Program-made: the position numbers and the translations under genes
Notes under the pieces: generated by a model
The model's input: only the letters and a program-made list of their open reading frames with translations
Told to the model about the DNA's origin: nothing
Databases searched by the model: none
Part shown: one piece after another, positions 36,747 to 47,265 of the stretch
Layout of the letters: every line of letters starts with the position of its first letter
Position numbering within the stretch: the stretch's first letter is position 1
Origin: a bacterium
Lineage (GTDB): Bacteria > UBA8248 > JACPRG01 > G963555815
NCBI GenBank assembly: GCA_963555815.3
Contig: CAUVWX020000001.1
Coordinates: 832,001-896,000 of the forward strand
Length of the DNA stretch: 64,000 nt
Reading direction: 5' to 3'

Positions 36747-39567
36747 ATGAAAGCTACTCGAACTTTCGTCTGGGTGGCGTCTTTCATTTTCACCTTCTTG
36801 TTTTCTATGTCCGGGGTGGCCCGAGCGCAGGTGTCAAGCCCGTATGGCGACTCCTATGCGATCGTGGTTGGGATTAACGCTTATAAGGGCGGTGCCCCGA
36901 GGCTCAACTATGCCGTGAACGATGCCAACAGCATGAAGGAGTCCCTTCTTAAGCTTGGTTTTTCTGAGATCATTTTACTTTTGGATGAGGAGGCGACGGC
37001 CCAGGCCATTCGGGCGGCCTTTGGGAAGCTGTCTCGTAAGACGAAGGAAGAGGACCGAGTCTTTGTCTTTTATGCTGGTCATGGGTTGACGAGGGACCTC
37101 CCGGGAGGAGGGGAGATGGGCTATCTCCTTCCTGTGGACGGGGACAAGGATCGGATTGTCGAGACCGGGATTCCGATGCGCGAGGTCCAGAGCCTCTCGC
37201 TTGAGCTTCCTGCCAAGCACGTCTTCTTTGCGGTGGACGCTTGCTACTCTGGTTTGATGGCGGCTCGGAGCGTGGTGGTCACGCAGAGGCCTGGGGTGGG
37301 GGTGGACGTGGACCATCTCACGCGGGGTCGGCTTCGTCAGATCCTGACGGCTGGTGAGCGTGACCAGCCGGTGGGGGAGGAGGCGGGTCACGGGCTCTTT
37401 ACCCGAAGGCTTCTTGAGGGGCTGGATGGTGAGGCGGACGTGAGCCCCCGGGACGGCGTCCTGACGGCCGAGGAGCTTGCGGCCTTTGTGCAGGGTCGGG
37501 TGACGGCCGCCTCTCAAGGCCGACAGACGCCCTTCTTTGGGACCATGCAGGGTGTGGGGCAGTTTGTCTTTTCCGTGCCCGGGCCTGTCGAGAGGCGGCA
37601 GCACGCTGACCCGTCCGACCGGGATCGGGTGGGGCGTTTGGCTGAGCTGCTTGAGGGGGGGAACATCACGGGGCATGAGTATGAGGAGGCGAAGCGGGTT
37701 TTGGAGGGTGCGTTTCGGTCGGACCGTGAGCGGGGGCTTCTTCCTCTGGCGCGCCAGCTGGCCGACGGTCGTCTGGCCCCCCCCTGTGTATCGTCTTGCT
37801 CGAGACGGGGTTTTGGCGAGCCGGACCGATCTGAGGCCGGGCCCTCCCCGAAGGGACGAGGGCGACAAGCTTGTTGCGCTCTTGAACCGGGCGGATTCTC
37901 AGTTTTCACGCCGGCGCTACACGACGCCCGCTGGGGACAATGCGCATGAGACGCTTCAGGAGGCCCTGAGGCTGGACCCGAGCAACATTCGGGCGCTCGA
38001 TAAGCTTCAGGAGATGGCGGAGATTTATCGTGGGTGGGGCGAGCAGGACTTTGAGCGGGGCAATTTTGAGCGGGCTCGGCAGAACTACAACAAGATACTC
38101 ACCATCTTCCCCGAGGACCGCGAGGCCATAGACCGCCTGGCAGCTGTCGACACCGCTGAACGGGCGGAGGCCGAGCGACGGCGCCTGGCCAGAATCGAAC
38201 GAGAAAGGCCTGAGGAGCAGGAGACTCTGGATACCCGCCTGCGGCGCGAGAGGGGGTTTTCGAGGGTAGAAGGGGTGTGGACGACGGAGAGGACGGGCGA
38301 GTGGCAGACCGATCAAGGCGTTTCCTACCCGACGCAGAGGACCCTTACCCTGACGCTTCAAGTGGAGGGACAGACTGTCCAAGGAGCCCTGGTGGCAGGT
38401 GAGGTGGACACACTTCCCTTAGACAACTATTGGGTCGACCAGGTCACCAGTGAGCGTTGTGGCGTGGGGCCGGACGGTCGAGTCAGGACCGCAGAGAGCC
38501 GTCAACCCCTGGAGGGGACCGTCCACGAAGATGGGTCAGTGACGTTCACGACGGTCTCTGGTGCAATCCTCTCGGACGAGTGCGGTCTTCTGCGCTCAGG
38601 GGGGGTAGATTCCATTCAACCCACAGGGACCTATAGTGGGGAGCTTTCTCCAGACGATCTCTCTCTCACTCTAAATTGGACGTGGGTGGAATTCCTCGGC
38701 GGCGACAGCATAATCCTGAGTGCCGTGGAGTCCGAGCGTAGGGTCAGCCTGCGGCCCGAGAGGACGGTTTCGAGGGTAGAAGGGGTGTGGACGACAGTCA
38801 GGACTGGCCAGGACAAGACCGACGGTGGGACTCCCTTCCCTTCGGAAAGGACCCTCACTCTGGTGCTCCAAGCAGACGGGAGCACTCTTCGCGGATCCAT
38901 GACGACCCATTCGGTAGGCACCCTACCGTCTGAAAACCATTGGGTCGACGAAATTACCAGTGAGCGTTGTGGCGGGGCGCCGGACGGCCGGGTCAGGCAC
39001 GCAGAGGGCCGTCAACCCCTGGAGGGGACTGTCCACGAAGATGGGTCGGTGACGTTCACGACATCCTCTGGTGAGAGTGTCGTGGACGACTGCAGCCTCC
39101 TTCGAAAGCATGGGCCGGACCGTCTCTTGGACACGGGGACTTTTAACGGGGAACTTTCCTCGGATGGTGGCTCCATCACCCTGGACTGGGAGTGGTCGGA
39201 CTTTCTCGGCGGTGGCAACATGATCCTGAGTAGGGTGGGCGAGGGGTTCCAGCGGCTCGGGTCCGTTGATCCGGAGGTCCGAGGGGCCATTAATATCTTG
39301 ATTGTTTATGAGAATCGTTTCGAGGCAAAGCTGCAAGAGCTGCTCTCCGAACTTCGCAGTCTCGGCTATGACCCGAGTCTGGGGAACGTTTCGGAGGGGT
39401 TTTCTTGCACCGCGAATGCACGAGCCCTGGCGTTGGGGGGCAAGACCGACGGCGCAGTCCTGGATGAGCTTCGCAGCGTAGCGAACGGCGTGATGCCGAA
39501 CTTCTTTACGGAATGGGTGGATGAGACTGAGTCCAACCACATCTACCTGTGCGAGAGTGAGGGTTGA
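36747..39567 (+). CDS. Secreted caspase-family (C14) multidomain protein, frameshifted at a C8 tract (37777-37784)
   Basis: Signal peptide, FYAGHG and DACYSG dyad in ORF 36747..37949; removing one C gives GRLAPPVYRLARD and joins ORF 37537..39567 (TPR, two beta repeats, C-terminal domain); about 939 aa. Confidence 0.82.
38258..39232 (+). repeat. Internal domain duplication, 510-nt period
   Basis: TTTCGAGGGTAGAAGGGGTGTGGACGAC at 38258 and 38768; SRVEGVWTT..TSERCG..QPLEGTVHEDGSVTFTT..FLGG..ILS twice. Confidence 0.92.
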
Positions 39568-39697
39568 TTCTCCCTCCCAAACCATTCCCCGGTCACTTCT
39601 GAAATACAAGATGGCCAGAAAAGAGATCTTTTGACCTCTGGCTGTCGTCCTGTTGGGTCTTCTTCTTATGATGTAGGGGGATTTGTCCCGCCCGGGC

Positions 39698-40603
39698 TCA
39701 GGTTTCCCGGTCCCCCCCAATTCGAGGAAAGAGGGGGACAGGTTCCTTCTTGCCGTCCTCGGAATATTTAAAAAAGCCGATCCCCGTCTTTTTCCCAAGG
39801 TGCCCCGCCCGAGCCATCTGCTTGAGAAGGGGAGAGGCCTTGAAGCGCTCTCCGAATTCCTCTTCCAGGATTGCGAGGACGTGCACCACAGTGTCGATTC
39901 CCACGAGGTCCATGAGGGCGCAGGGGCCCATGGGCATGTTCATGCAGAAGACCATGGCCTCATCCACGTCCTGTGGGGCATTACCGCTGCTGACGGACAG
40001 GGCGGCCTCATTGAGATAGGCCGTGAGGAGGCGGCTTGTGATGAAGCCGGCGTAGTCCAGGGCGACGACGGGGTGCTTATCGAGACGGCGTGTGAAGTCA
40101 ATGCAGGTCTTCACCGTATCGTCCCCTGTCAGCCTTCCCCTGATCAACTCAACCCCCTTCATGATGGGGGCCGGGTTCATGAAGTGGATCCCGATGACGC
40201 GCTCGGGCCGGCGGGTGGAAGCGGCGATGACGGTGATGGGGATGGAAGAGGTTGAGCTCCCCAGGATGGCACCCTCCCGGCACAGGGAATCGAGCTTCCC
40301 GAAGATCTCCAGCTTGATGTCAAGCTGCTCCGGCATCGCCTCAATGATGAGGTCCGTCGCTGAGACCTCCTCAATGTCTGTGGTTGGCCGGATGCGCCGG
40401 ATGATCCCCTCCTTCTCTGCGGAGGAGAGGGTCTCTTTTCGGACAAACCGGTCGAGGCTCTCGTTGATGGACTGAAGCGCCTGGTCCATCGATTCCTTTC
40501 GGCGGCCCACCATGGCAACCTCATACCCGCCCGTCGCTATGACTTGGGAGATGGCGCTCCCCATGGTCCCCGAGCCGAGGACCGAGACCCGCTGGATCTC
40601 CAT
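39698..40603 (-). CDS. 3-hydroxyacyl(butyryl)-CoA dehydrogenase
   Basis: GSGTMG, IIEA, GIHFMNP, PMGP..LMDLVGID, GKKTGIGF. Confidence 0.94.
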   Translation of the reverse strand: MEIQRVSVLGSGTMGSAISQVIATGGYEVAMVGRRKESMDQALQSINESLDRFVRKETLSSAEKEGIIRRIRPTTDIEEVSATDLIIEAMPEQLDIKLEIFGKLDSLCREGAILGSSTSSIPITVIAASTRRPERVIGIHFMNPAPIMKGVELIRGRLTGDDTVKTCIDFTRRLDKHPVVALDYAGFITSRLLTAYLNEAALSVSSGNAPQDVDEAMVFCMNMPMGPCALMDLVGIDTVVHVLAILEEEFGERFKASPLLKQMARAGHLGKKTGIGFFKYSEDGKKEPVPLFPRIGGDRET

Positions 40604-40606
40604 TTT

Positions 40607-41761
40607 TTAGTCCTCCAGCTCTAGGATGGTGGCATTGGCCATCCCGTGTCCAATGCACATGGTCTGAAGACCAAATCGCCCTTCCGTGTCCTCCAGGGCG
40701 TGAAGGAGCGTCGTGGCGATCCTGGCCCCTGTCGCCCCCAGGGGGTGACCCAGGGAGATGCCACCCCCGCGGGTGTTCATCTTCTTCAGGTCGGGGCGCC
40801 ACTCTCGGGCCCAGGCCAGGACGATGGAGGCGAAGGCCTCGTTCACCTCGATGAGGTCCATGTCCTTCAGGTCAAGCCCAGCCCGATCCAAAATTTTTTG
40901 CGTCACTTTGATGACGCCCGTGAGCTGATAAATAGGGTCATCGCCGACAACGGCCGTCGCGTAGATCCGTGCCCGGGGCTTTAGGTCCAAGGCTTGTGCT
41001 TTCTCTCGGGCCATGAGGAGGAGGGCCGCCGCCCCGTCGCTCATCTGGCTGGAGTTTCCCGCCGTCACCCTGCCCCCTTCCTGAAAGACCGGCTCCAGGG
41101 CGGCCATCTTCTCCAGGGAGGTGTCTGATCTTGGGCCCTCATCCTCTTCGAAGAGGACCTCCTGTCCGTTCTGCTGGAGAGTGAGGGGGACGATCTCCCG
41201 GTCAAAGAATTTTCGCTCCTGGGCGTCACACGCCCGCCGGTGGCTCTCCATCGAGTATTCGTCCAGATCCTTTCGGCTGAGCCCCCATTTCTCGGCCACC
41301 ATTTCCGCCGAGATCCCCTGGGGAATCATTCGGTAGCGGTCCCGGAGTTTTCGGCTGAATTTCGCGCCGTCGGATCCCATGGGGACCCGGCTCATGCTCT
41401 CCACCCCGGCGGCGATCACGATGTCCATGTCTCCTGAGCGGATGGCCTGGGAGGCGAACTGGAGGGACTGGTCACCCGAAGCGCACATGCGGTTCACGGT
41501 GGTGGCCGGGACCTGCGGGGGAAAACCCGCGATAAGGGCGGATAGGCGGGCGACGTTGAAGCCCTGCTCGCCGGTGGGAGTCGAGCACCCCATGACGATA
41601 TCCTCAACGTCCCCGTGCGGGATCCCCACGCGCTCGACCAGGGCGTTCAGGACCTGGGCGGCCATCTCATCGGGCCGAAGGGAGCTGAGCGCCTTCTCGC
41701 GTTTCCCGATGGGGGACCGGACGGCACCGACGATGACCGCATCTCGCTTATCCCGTTTCAT
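40607..41761 (-). CDS. Thiolase (acetyl-CoA C-acyltransferase)
   Basis: NRMCASG, NEAFA, GHPLGATG, CIGHG. Confidence 0.96.
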   Translation of the reverse strand: MKRDKRDAVIVGAVRSPIGKREKALSSLRPDEMAAQVLNALVERVGIPHGDVEDIVMGCSTPTGEQGFNVARLSALIAGFPPQVPATTVNRMCASGDQSLQFASQAIRSGDMDIVIAAGVESMSRVPMGSDGAKFSRKLRDRYRMIPQGISAEMVAEKWGLSRKDLDEYSMESHRRACDAQERKFFDREIVPLTLQQNGQEVLFEEDEGPRSDTSLEKMAALEPVFQEGGRVTAGNSSQMSDGAAALLLMAREKAQALDLKPRARIYATAVVGDDPIYQLTGVIKVTQKILDRAGLDLKDMDLIEVNEAFASIVLAWAREWRPDLKKMNTRGGGISLGHPLGATGARIATTLLHALEDTEGRFGLQTMCIGHGMANATILELED

Positions 41762-41779
41762 GGCTCATCCCCGACGGCG

Positions 41780-43249
41780 TTAGAGGTGCCTCTTCAAAAC
41801 CTTGCCAAATTGATTTCGCGGGATGGATTCGACTAGCTCGACCTGACGGATCTTTTTATATCCCGAGACCCTCTCTGCAATATAAGCCATGATTTCATCT
41901 GGCGTCAGGTGGTTCCCCTCCTTCAAGACCACGTAGGCCTTGGGGATCTCTCCCGCCTTGGGGTCGGGCTTTCCCACCACGGCGCAGTCTGAGATCGCCG
42001 GGTGGCCGAGCAAGAGATCCTCAAGCTCCCCTGGTGAGATCGCAAAGCCCTTGTATTTAATGATCTCTTTCTTTCGCGCGACGATCTGGATTCTTTCTTT
42101 TTCGTCCAGGAAGCCGATGTCTCCCGTGTGGAGCCAGCCCCCCCGAAGCACCTTCGCCGTCTCCTCGGGGTCCTGCCAGTAGCCCTTCATGACCTGGGGG
42201 CCCCGGATCACGAGCTCCCCGGTCTTGCCCGGCGGGAGCTCGAGTTCTCCGGTCTCCAGATCTACGATCTTGCGCTCCTCCCCGGGCACGAAGGAGCCGG
42301 AGATGGGGGCCTCGGTCATGCCGTAGCCGTTGGTGACACGAACGCCCGTTAAATTTTTTACCTTGCTCTCGATCTCCTTCGGCAGGGGCGCCCCGCCGCT
42401 GTTGATGTACCGGATCGAAGAGAGATCGAAATCTCCAAGACCGGGATAGGCCGCCATTTCTAAGAGGACAGAGGTGGTGGCGTAATAGAGGGTGACGCGG
42501 TGTTGGGCTGTGAGTTTTAGAGATTCTTCGAGATTAAAACGTTCCATCAGGACTTGTGTTGCCCCAGTCGCGATGGCCCCGCCCATGAGCATGAAACCGT
42601 AGACGTGCACCAGAGGCACAAAGAGCAGCGACACGTCTTTCTCTGTCACTTTTCCTGCGTGGAGGTATTGATGATGGCTGCACAAAAGATTCTGATGGGT
42701 CAACATCACACCCTTTGGCCTTCCGGTTGTCCCGCTGGAGTAGGGGAGGGCGGCGAGATCCTCTTCGATACCAATGGGCGGAGGGGGGGGGAGATCAGAT
42801 GAAACTGAAAGGGAGTCCCAGAAGAGGGACCCTTCCTGGTCCTCCAGCGACACCACGTGCTGAAGCTCCGGGATTTTTGACCGCAGGCCTGAGATACTTT
42901 TGGTGTCTCTTCCCTGAACTAAAACAATCTTGGCCCCGGAATCCGCCATCTGATGGCTTGCTTCATCTAGCTTGTAGGAAGGATTGACCGGGACGACGAC
43001 GGCCCCTCGCTTCAGGATGCCGAAGGTGCTGACCAAAAATTCCGGCCGGTTGAATATAGAGAGGACCACGCGGTCCCCTTTTTGGACGCCTAGCTCGGCC
43101 AGGGCCGAGGCGAGACGATTCGATTCCTCTTCCAGCCAGGCGAAGGTGAAAGACTTTCGTTGGAAGATAACGGCGGGCTTTTCAGGGAATTTTTCGGCGC
43201 TCCGCCTTAAAAGCTCGAAATAGGGAACGCGGGGGAAATCGAAACCCAT
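41780..43249 (-). CDS. AMP-binding acyl-CoA ligase (long-chain fatty acid/4-coumarate type)
   Basis: YSSGTTGRPKG, GYGMTE, GPQVMKGY, WLHTGD, GKVLK. Confidence 0.93.
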   Translation of the reverse strand: MGFDFPRVPYFELLRRSAEKFPEKPAVIFQRKSFTFAWLEEESNRLASALAELGVQKGDRVVLSIFNRPEFLVSTFGILKRGAVVVPVNPSYKLDEASHQMADSGAKIVLVQGRDTKSISGLRSKIPELQHVVSLEDQEGSLFWDSLSVSSDLPPPPPIGIEEDLAALPYSSGTTGRPKGVMLTHQNLLCSHHQYLHAGKVTEKDVSLLFVPLVHVYGFMLMGGAIATGATQVLMERFNLEESLKLTAQHRVTLYYATTSVLLEMAAYPGLGDFDLSSIRYINSGGAPLPKEIESKVKNLTGVRVTNGYGMTEAPISGSFVPGEERKIVDLETGELELPPGKTGELVIRGPQVMKGYWQDPEETAKVLRGGWLHTGDIGFLDEKERIQIVARKKEIIKYKGFAISPGELEDLLLGHPAISDCAVVGKPDPKAGEIPKAYVVLKEGNHLTPDEIMAYIAERVSGYKKIRQVELVESIPRNQFGKVLKRHL

Positions 43250-43252
43250 CCC

Positions 43253-43705
43253 TCACCTCCCAAGTGCCCGGCGGATCTCGTCGTCGATCCTGCGAGAGAC
43301 GTCCTGGTCGCCGAAGGTGCCGACGCGAATCGCGACGTGCGTGTTCTCGTCTCCGCGAGCCGAGAGTTTGACGGTAATCTTGGTGTCGTCGGTGCGGCGC
43401 GCCTTAATAGTGGCCCCAAGCTTGTCTTTATTTCTGTCGATCAGGACAAGCTCCAGGCGCTCTAGGGCGGCGATGGAGGCGTTGTAAGTCTTGTCGAGCC
43501 CGACCGGATAGTCCTGCTCGAGCTGTCCCTTGACGTAAGAATAAGTGGTGGCGCTGCTTCCCGCCCCGACGACGAGGGCCACATAGCCGACAAGCAAGAG
43601 GGCGAACAAACTAAATGCGAGTGCAGGCAGAAACCGACCTGCTCGGCTTTTAAGCCTCGGAATTATCCAATTTTCTGTCATCACCTTCTCCTCTTCGGTG
43701 TCCAT
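43253..43705 (-). CDS. DUF3568 family protein
   Basis: VALVVGAG..YSYVKGQL..T.VAIRVGTFGD..SRRI pattern; start uncertain. Confidence 0.75.
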   Translation of the reverse strand: MDTEEEKVMTENWIIPRLKSRAGRFLPALAFSLFALLLVGYVALVVGAGSSATTYSYVKGQLEQDYPVGLDKTYNASIAALERLELVLIDRNKDKLGATIKARRTDDTKITVKLSARGDENTHVAIRVGTFGDQDVSRRIDDEIRRALGR

Positions 43706-43719
43706 TTCTTGAAGGGTAA

Positions 43720-46700
43720 TTATACCTGATGGCGGGCCTCTGAGCAGAGATGGGGGAAGGGGCAGGCGGGGCAGTTTTGGGTGTCCGGCCCAAAACCTCC
43801 CGCTTGGATCCCTCTTGAGGTTTCGTCGAGCTCCTGGGCGATTCGGGTGAGAAAATTTTTGTCCACCTCAAAGCGGTGGGTCACACCGGGGCGCATGAAA
43901 TGAATCATTCCCGCCGAAGGCAAAAAATTCATCTCCTTCAAGGCGAGGGCATAGAGCCCCACCTGAAATTCGTATCGTCTCGCAAGGCGCGCCACCTCAT
44001 CCGCTGTATCAGCGCGATCCGTCTTGAAGTCGACGATCCGAAAACTTCTGTTTCCTTCCTGGATGAGCCGGTCGATCCTTCCGTGGATTATTAGTCCGTC
44101 TCGCTCCAGGACAAAGGGGACCTCGGCGAGGCTTTCAACCCTCTCCAACTCTTGGGCCAACTCCGTCCCCCGAAATTCTTTTAAGAGTTTTAGAGATTCC
44201 GCGTAAGCCGCTCTCTCGTTCTCTATCGGATGGGGGATATCCCGTATCGCCTCAAAAGGTCCCCTTTTCCAACGTTCGAGGAAGAGGTGGACCCACTTCC
44301 CGACCTCTCGGCCCCGCGGTCCTTCCGTGTCAGGCAGGGTCGATCCCTCCGGCGCCCGTTGGGTCTCCTTGAGCCCAAGAAGAGACTCGTAATAAAAAAG
44401 CCTCGGACACGTCCGATATTGCTGGAGATCTGTCACGGTGTGATGCCTGGAGGAGACGGGCGGAATGGGTTCAAGTAGCTGGAGGGAAAAAGGAGGTTTG
44501 AGTGCTTCTTCTTCGCCACAAAAATCTCTTTTTAAGCGTGAGAGGATTTCCTGAATACCTTTAGTTCTTTGAGGCTGAGGCGGTTTGTCCCCCTTCACCA
44601 CCTTCAGCCGAAATTCCCCGTTCTCGCCAAAGGGGGTCTCCCAATCCGGAAAAGCCGCCTGAAGGAGGGCCATCCAGCTTCCCCTTTTCGCTTCCTCGGT
44701 ATTGGGGGCTGAGAGGGCCAGATGGTCCCGGGCGCGGGTCGCCGCCACATAGAACAACCTTTGAGACTCCGAAAGTCTCCTCTTGTCCTCGGCCCAGGCG
44801 ATGACGTTTCGAAGGGCGGTGGGTTTCCACTCTCCATTTTCATCCGCCAGCTGAAATCCGATTCCCCACTGCCGGTCCACGAGGACGGAGGGGGCGCGTC
44901 CCCTGGGGTCCTCGCCGAGGTCCGGGAGTATGACGACGGGAAATTCGAGGCCCTTCGACGTGTGGACCGTCATGAGGCGCACCCTCTGCGAAGCGTCACC
45001 GATCGCGGTCTGGACCCTTTCGGCCTCCCCCCGGGCCATCTCATCGAAGAAGGGCAAAAAGTCGCGCCAGGTGTTCCCTTCTTCTTCAAACTGGATGGCC
45101 ATGAGGCGCAAGAATTTTAGGTGGCTGAGGGCCTGTTGCCCCGAAGGTTGGGAGGCCACGAAGGTCTTGTAGCCCGAGCGGTCCCAGAGGGTTTCGAGGG
45201 CCCGCCCGAGATTTTCGCGTTCCAGTTGCTCGCAAAAGTCTTCTTGCCATTCGAGGAAACGCCCGAGGGCCTCGCGGTCGTCATCGTCCAGGGAGACCCT
45301 GTCGTAAGAGTGGATGGCCTCAGAGAGGGGGGCTTCTCGCGTGAGGAGGAAGAGGGTGTTGTCCGTAAGAGAGACCAGGGGGGAGCGGAGAAGAGCGGCC
45401 AGGGCCATCTCGTCCGTCTGGGTTTCGGCCCACCGAAGCGCGCTCAGCGTGTCCACGATCTCAGGGCGGCGATAAAAGCCCCTTCCCGTGTGAGACTCAA
45501 AGGGGATCCCCCTCCGTTGGAGCGCCCTCTCGTAGACGGCGAGGTGCGTCGCCGCTCTGAGAAGGATGGCGATGTCTCCGAAGGCGGCCGGACGTGGTTC
45601 GACCTTTTCGGAGTCTGCCCCCCCGCCTCCGTCGAAGACATAGAGAGGGTCATCTCCCACCCAGGCGAGGATCCGCTCGGCGATGAGCTCGGCCTCAGTC
45701 TCAAGAGTTTTTGTCCTAGAGGCGTTTTCTTGAGAGGGTGCGCCATTCCGGGAGAGAAGAAGCTCTATTCCTCCAGGGGCCTCGCTTCTCACACCTCGAA
45801 GGGGGCCAAAACCTTCAGTCGCAGATGAGGCCTCTTTTTTCTTCGCCCCGCCGAAGACATGGTTCACCAGGGCCAGGATGGCGGGGAGGCTCCTTCGATT
45901 TTCAGACAGCGTCTTGTGCCCTGTCTGCGCGCTGTCCGGGGACCAACGGCGGCAGACCTCTTTGAAGAGCCCGACGTCGGCCCCTCGGAAACCGTAGATC
46001 GCCTGCCGGGGATCCCCCACCAGGAACTGTGCCCTGTCCTTTTTTATCGCATCCTGTCGCAGGGGGTCGAAGAGGAGGTCCAGGATCTCTTTCTGCAAAG
46101 GGTCCGTATCCTGAAATTCATCGACGAGTACCTTTTGAAAGCGCCTCTGAAGCTCTCTTCTGGCGCTCGGGTTTTGCTTCAGGAGGTTGAGCGTCTTTGA
46201 GAGGAGGTCATCGTAATCCACCGCCCCCTCTTCTCCCTTCAGCTCCTCGTAAGCGCGAACCGTCTCTCCATAGAGACGGCCAAGGGCCGAGGCCACCCCG
46301 GAGGCCCTCTCGTCGAGGACGCCGAGGGTGACACCCAGGACTTCCTTGTAGCGCTTGAAGGTCTCTTGCAGGCGCTTCAGAATTTGCCGAAACTGCGACA
46401 GCTCCCCTTCATCCCAGTTGGCCTTCTGACCCGTCGCCCTGTCGGAAAGAGCTTTTAGGAGGTCCTGGAAAACGGGGAGGAGGGAGCCGGGCGTCGGGCC
46501 TTCCACCGCTTCTTTGAGCTTCCTCGCAGTGTCGAGAATGGAGCGGCGTCTTTGTTCACCCGGGTCAAGGGCCTTCCCCCCTTGGAGAGATTTCAACTCC
46601 AAAAGGGCCCTGGTCCAGGGCGGTTCGACCAGAAATTCCAATAGGGCCGCCCGCCGGGCCTTTTCACATGCCTTCCCCCATTCCCCCAGAATGGCCTTGC

Positions 46701-47265
46701 GGCTGAGGCCTGACCACCGCGACAGGGTGTGGTCTGCATCGAGGCGTCTTGTCAGGAGGTGGCCGAGAAGCTGCCGAAGGCGAGAGAGGGGGAACTCGGA
46801 GAGAAGCGTTGAGAGGTGGGGCGGCAGGGGGTCCTTCTCCAGAAGGAGGGACTGGTCAATCGCCTTTTGCCGAAGGCGTTCAGCCCTGACCTCGTCGAGG
46901 ACCTGAAATTTAGGGTCAATCCCCACCTCCAAGGCGTAGTCCCGAAGGACCTCGGCGCAAAACCCGTGGATCGTCCCGATGTGAGACCGGTCCAGAGACC
47001 GGTTGAGCCGGTCCCAATGGGTTTCCTCCCACTCCTCACGGCGGGATTCAAGGCGGGCGCGGATCCGGTCCTGCATCTCCTGGGAAGCCCGCTCCGTGAA
47101 GGTGATGGCGAGGAGGGACTCGGCCCGAGCCTCCTTGGCCACCAGATGGTCGAGGTATTTTTCGACGAGGACGGTTGTCTTTCCTGTCCCCGCTCCTGCG
47201 GAGACAATGAGGTGGGACTGAGGGGCCTGGACGGCCCTCTTCTGCTCAGAGGTGAGCTTTCTCAC
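43720..47265 (-). CDS. addA: AddA-like UvrD helicase/nuclease
   Basis: AGAGTGKT, ITFT, VDEFQDT, VGDPRQAIYGFRGAD, TVHTSKGLEF, RIDRL..DFKT; GTG start overlaps the addB stop. Confidence 0.9.
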   Translation of the reverse strand: MRKLTSEQKRAVQAPQSHLIVSAGAGTGKTTVLVEKYLDHLVAKEARAESLLAITFTERASQEMQDRIRARLESRREEWEETHWDRLNRSLDRSHIGTIHGFCAEVLRDYALEVGIDPKFQVLDEVRAERLRQKAIDQSLLLEKDPLPPHLSTLLSEFPLSRLRQLLGHLLTRRLDADHTLSRWSGLSRKAILGEWGKACEKARRAALLEFLVEPPWTRALLELKSLQGGKALDPGEQRRRSILDTARKLKEAVEGPTPGSLLPVFQDLLKALSDRATGQKANWDEGELSQFRQILKRLQETFKRYKEVLGVTLGVLDERASGVASALGRLYGETVRAYEELKGEEGAVDYDDLLSKTLNLLKQNPSARRELQRRFQKVLVDEFQDTDPLQKEILDLLFDPLRQDAIKKDRAQFLVGDPRQAIYGFRGADVGLFKEVCRRWSPDSAQTGHKTLSENRRSLPAILALVNHVFGGAKKKEASSATEGFGPLRGVRSEAPGGIELLLSRNGAPSQENASRTKTLETEAELIAERILAWVGDDPLYVFDGGGGADSEKVEPRPAAFGDIAILLRAATHLAVYERALQRRGIPFESHTGRGFYRRPEIVDTLSALRWAETQTDEMALAALLRSPLVSLTDNTLFLLTREAPLSEAIHSYDRVSLDDDDREALGRFLEWQEDFCEQLERENLGRALETLWDRSGYKTFVASQPSGQQALSHLKFLRLMAIQFEEEGNTWRDFLPFFDEMARGEAERVQTAIGDASQRVRLMTVHTSKGLEFPVVILPDLGEDPRGRAPSVLVDRQWGIGFQLADENGEWKPTALRNVIAWAEDKRRLSESQRLFYVAATRARDHLALSAPNTEEAKRGSWMALLQAAFPDWETPFGENGEFRLKVVKGDKPPQPQRTKGIQEILSRLKRDFCGEEEALKPPFSLQLLEPIPPVSSRHHTVTDLQQYRTCPRLFYYESLLGLKETQRAPEGSTLPDTEGPRGREVGKWVHLFLERWKRGPFEAIRDIPHPIENERAAYAESLKLLKEFRGTELAQELERVESLAEVPFVLERDGLIIHGRIDRLIQEGNRSFRIVDFKTDRADTADEVARLARRYEFQVGLYALALKEMNFLPSAGMIHFMRPGVTHRFEVDKNFLTRIAQELDETSRGIQAGGFGPDTQNCPACPFPHLCSEARHQV

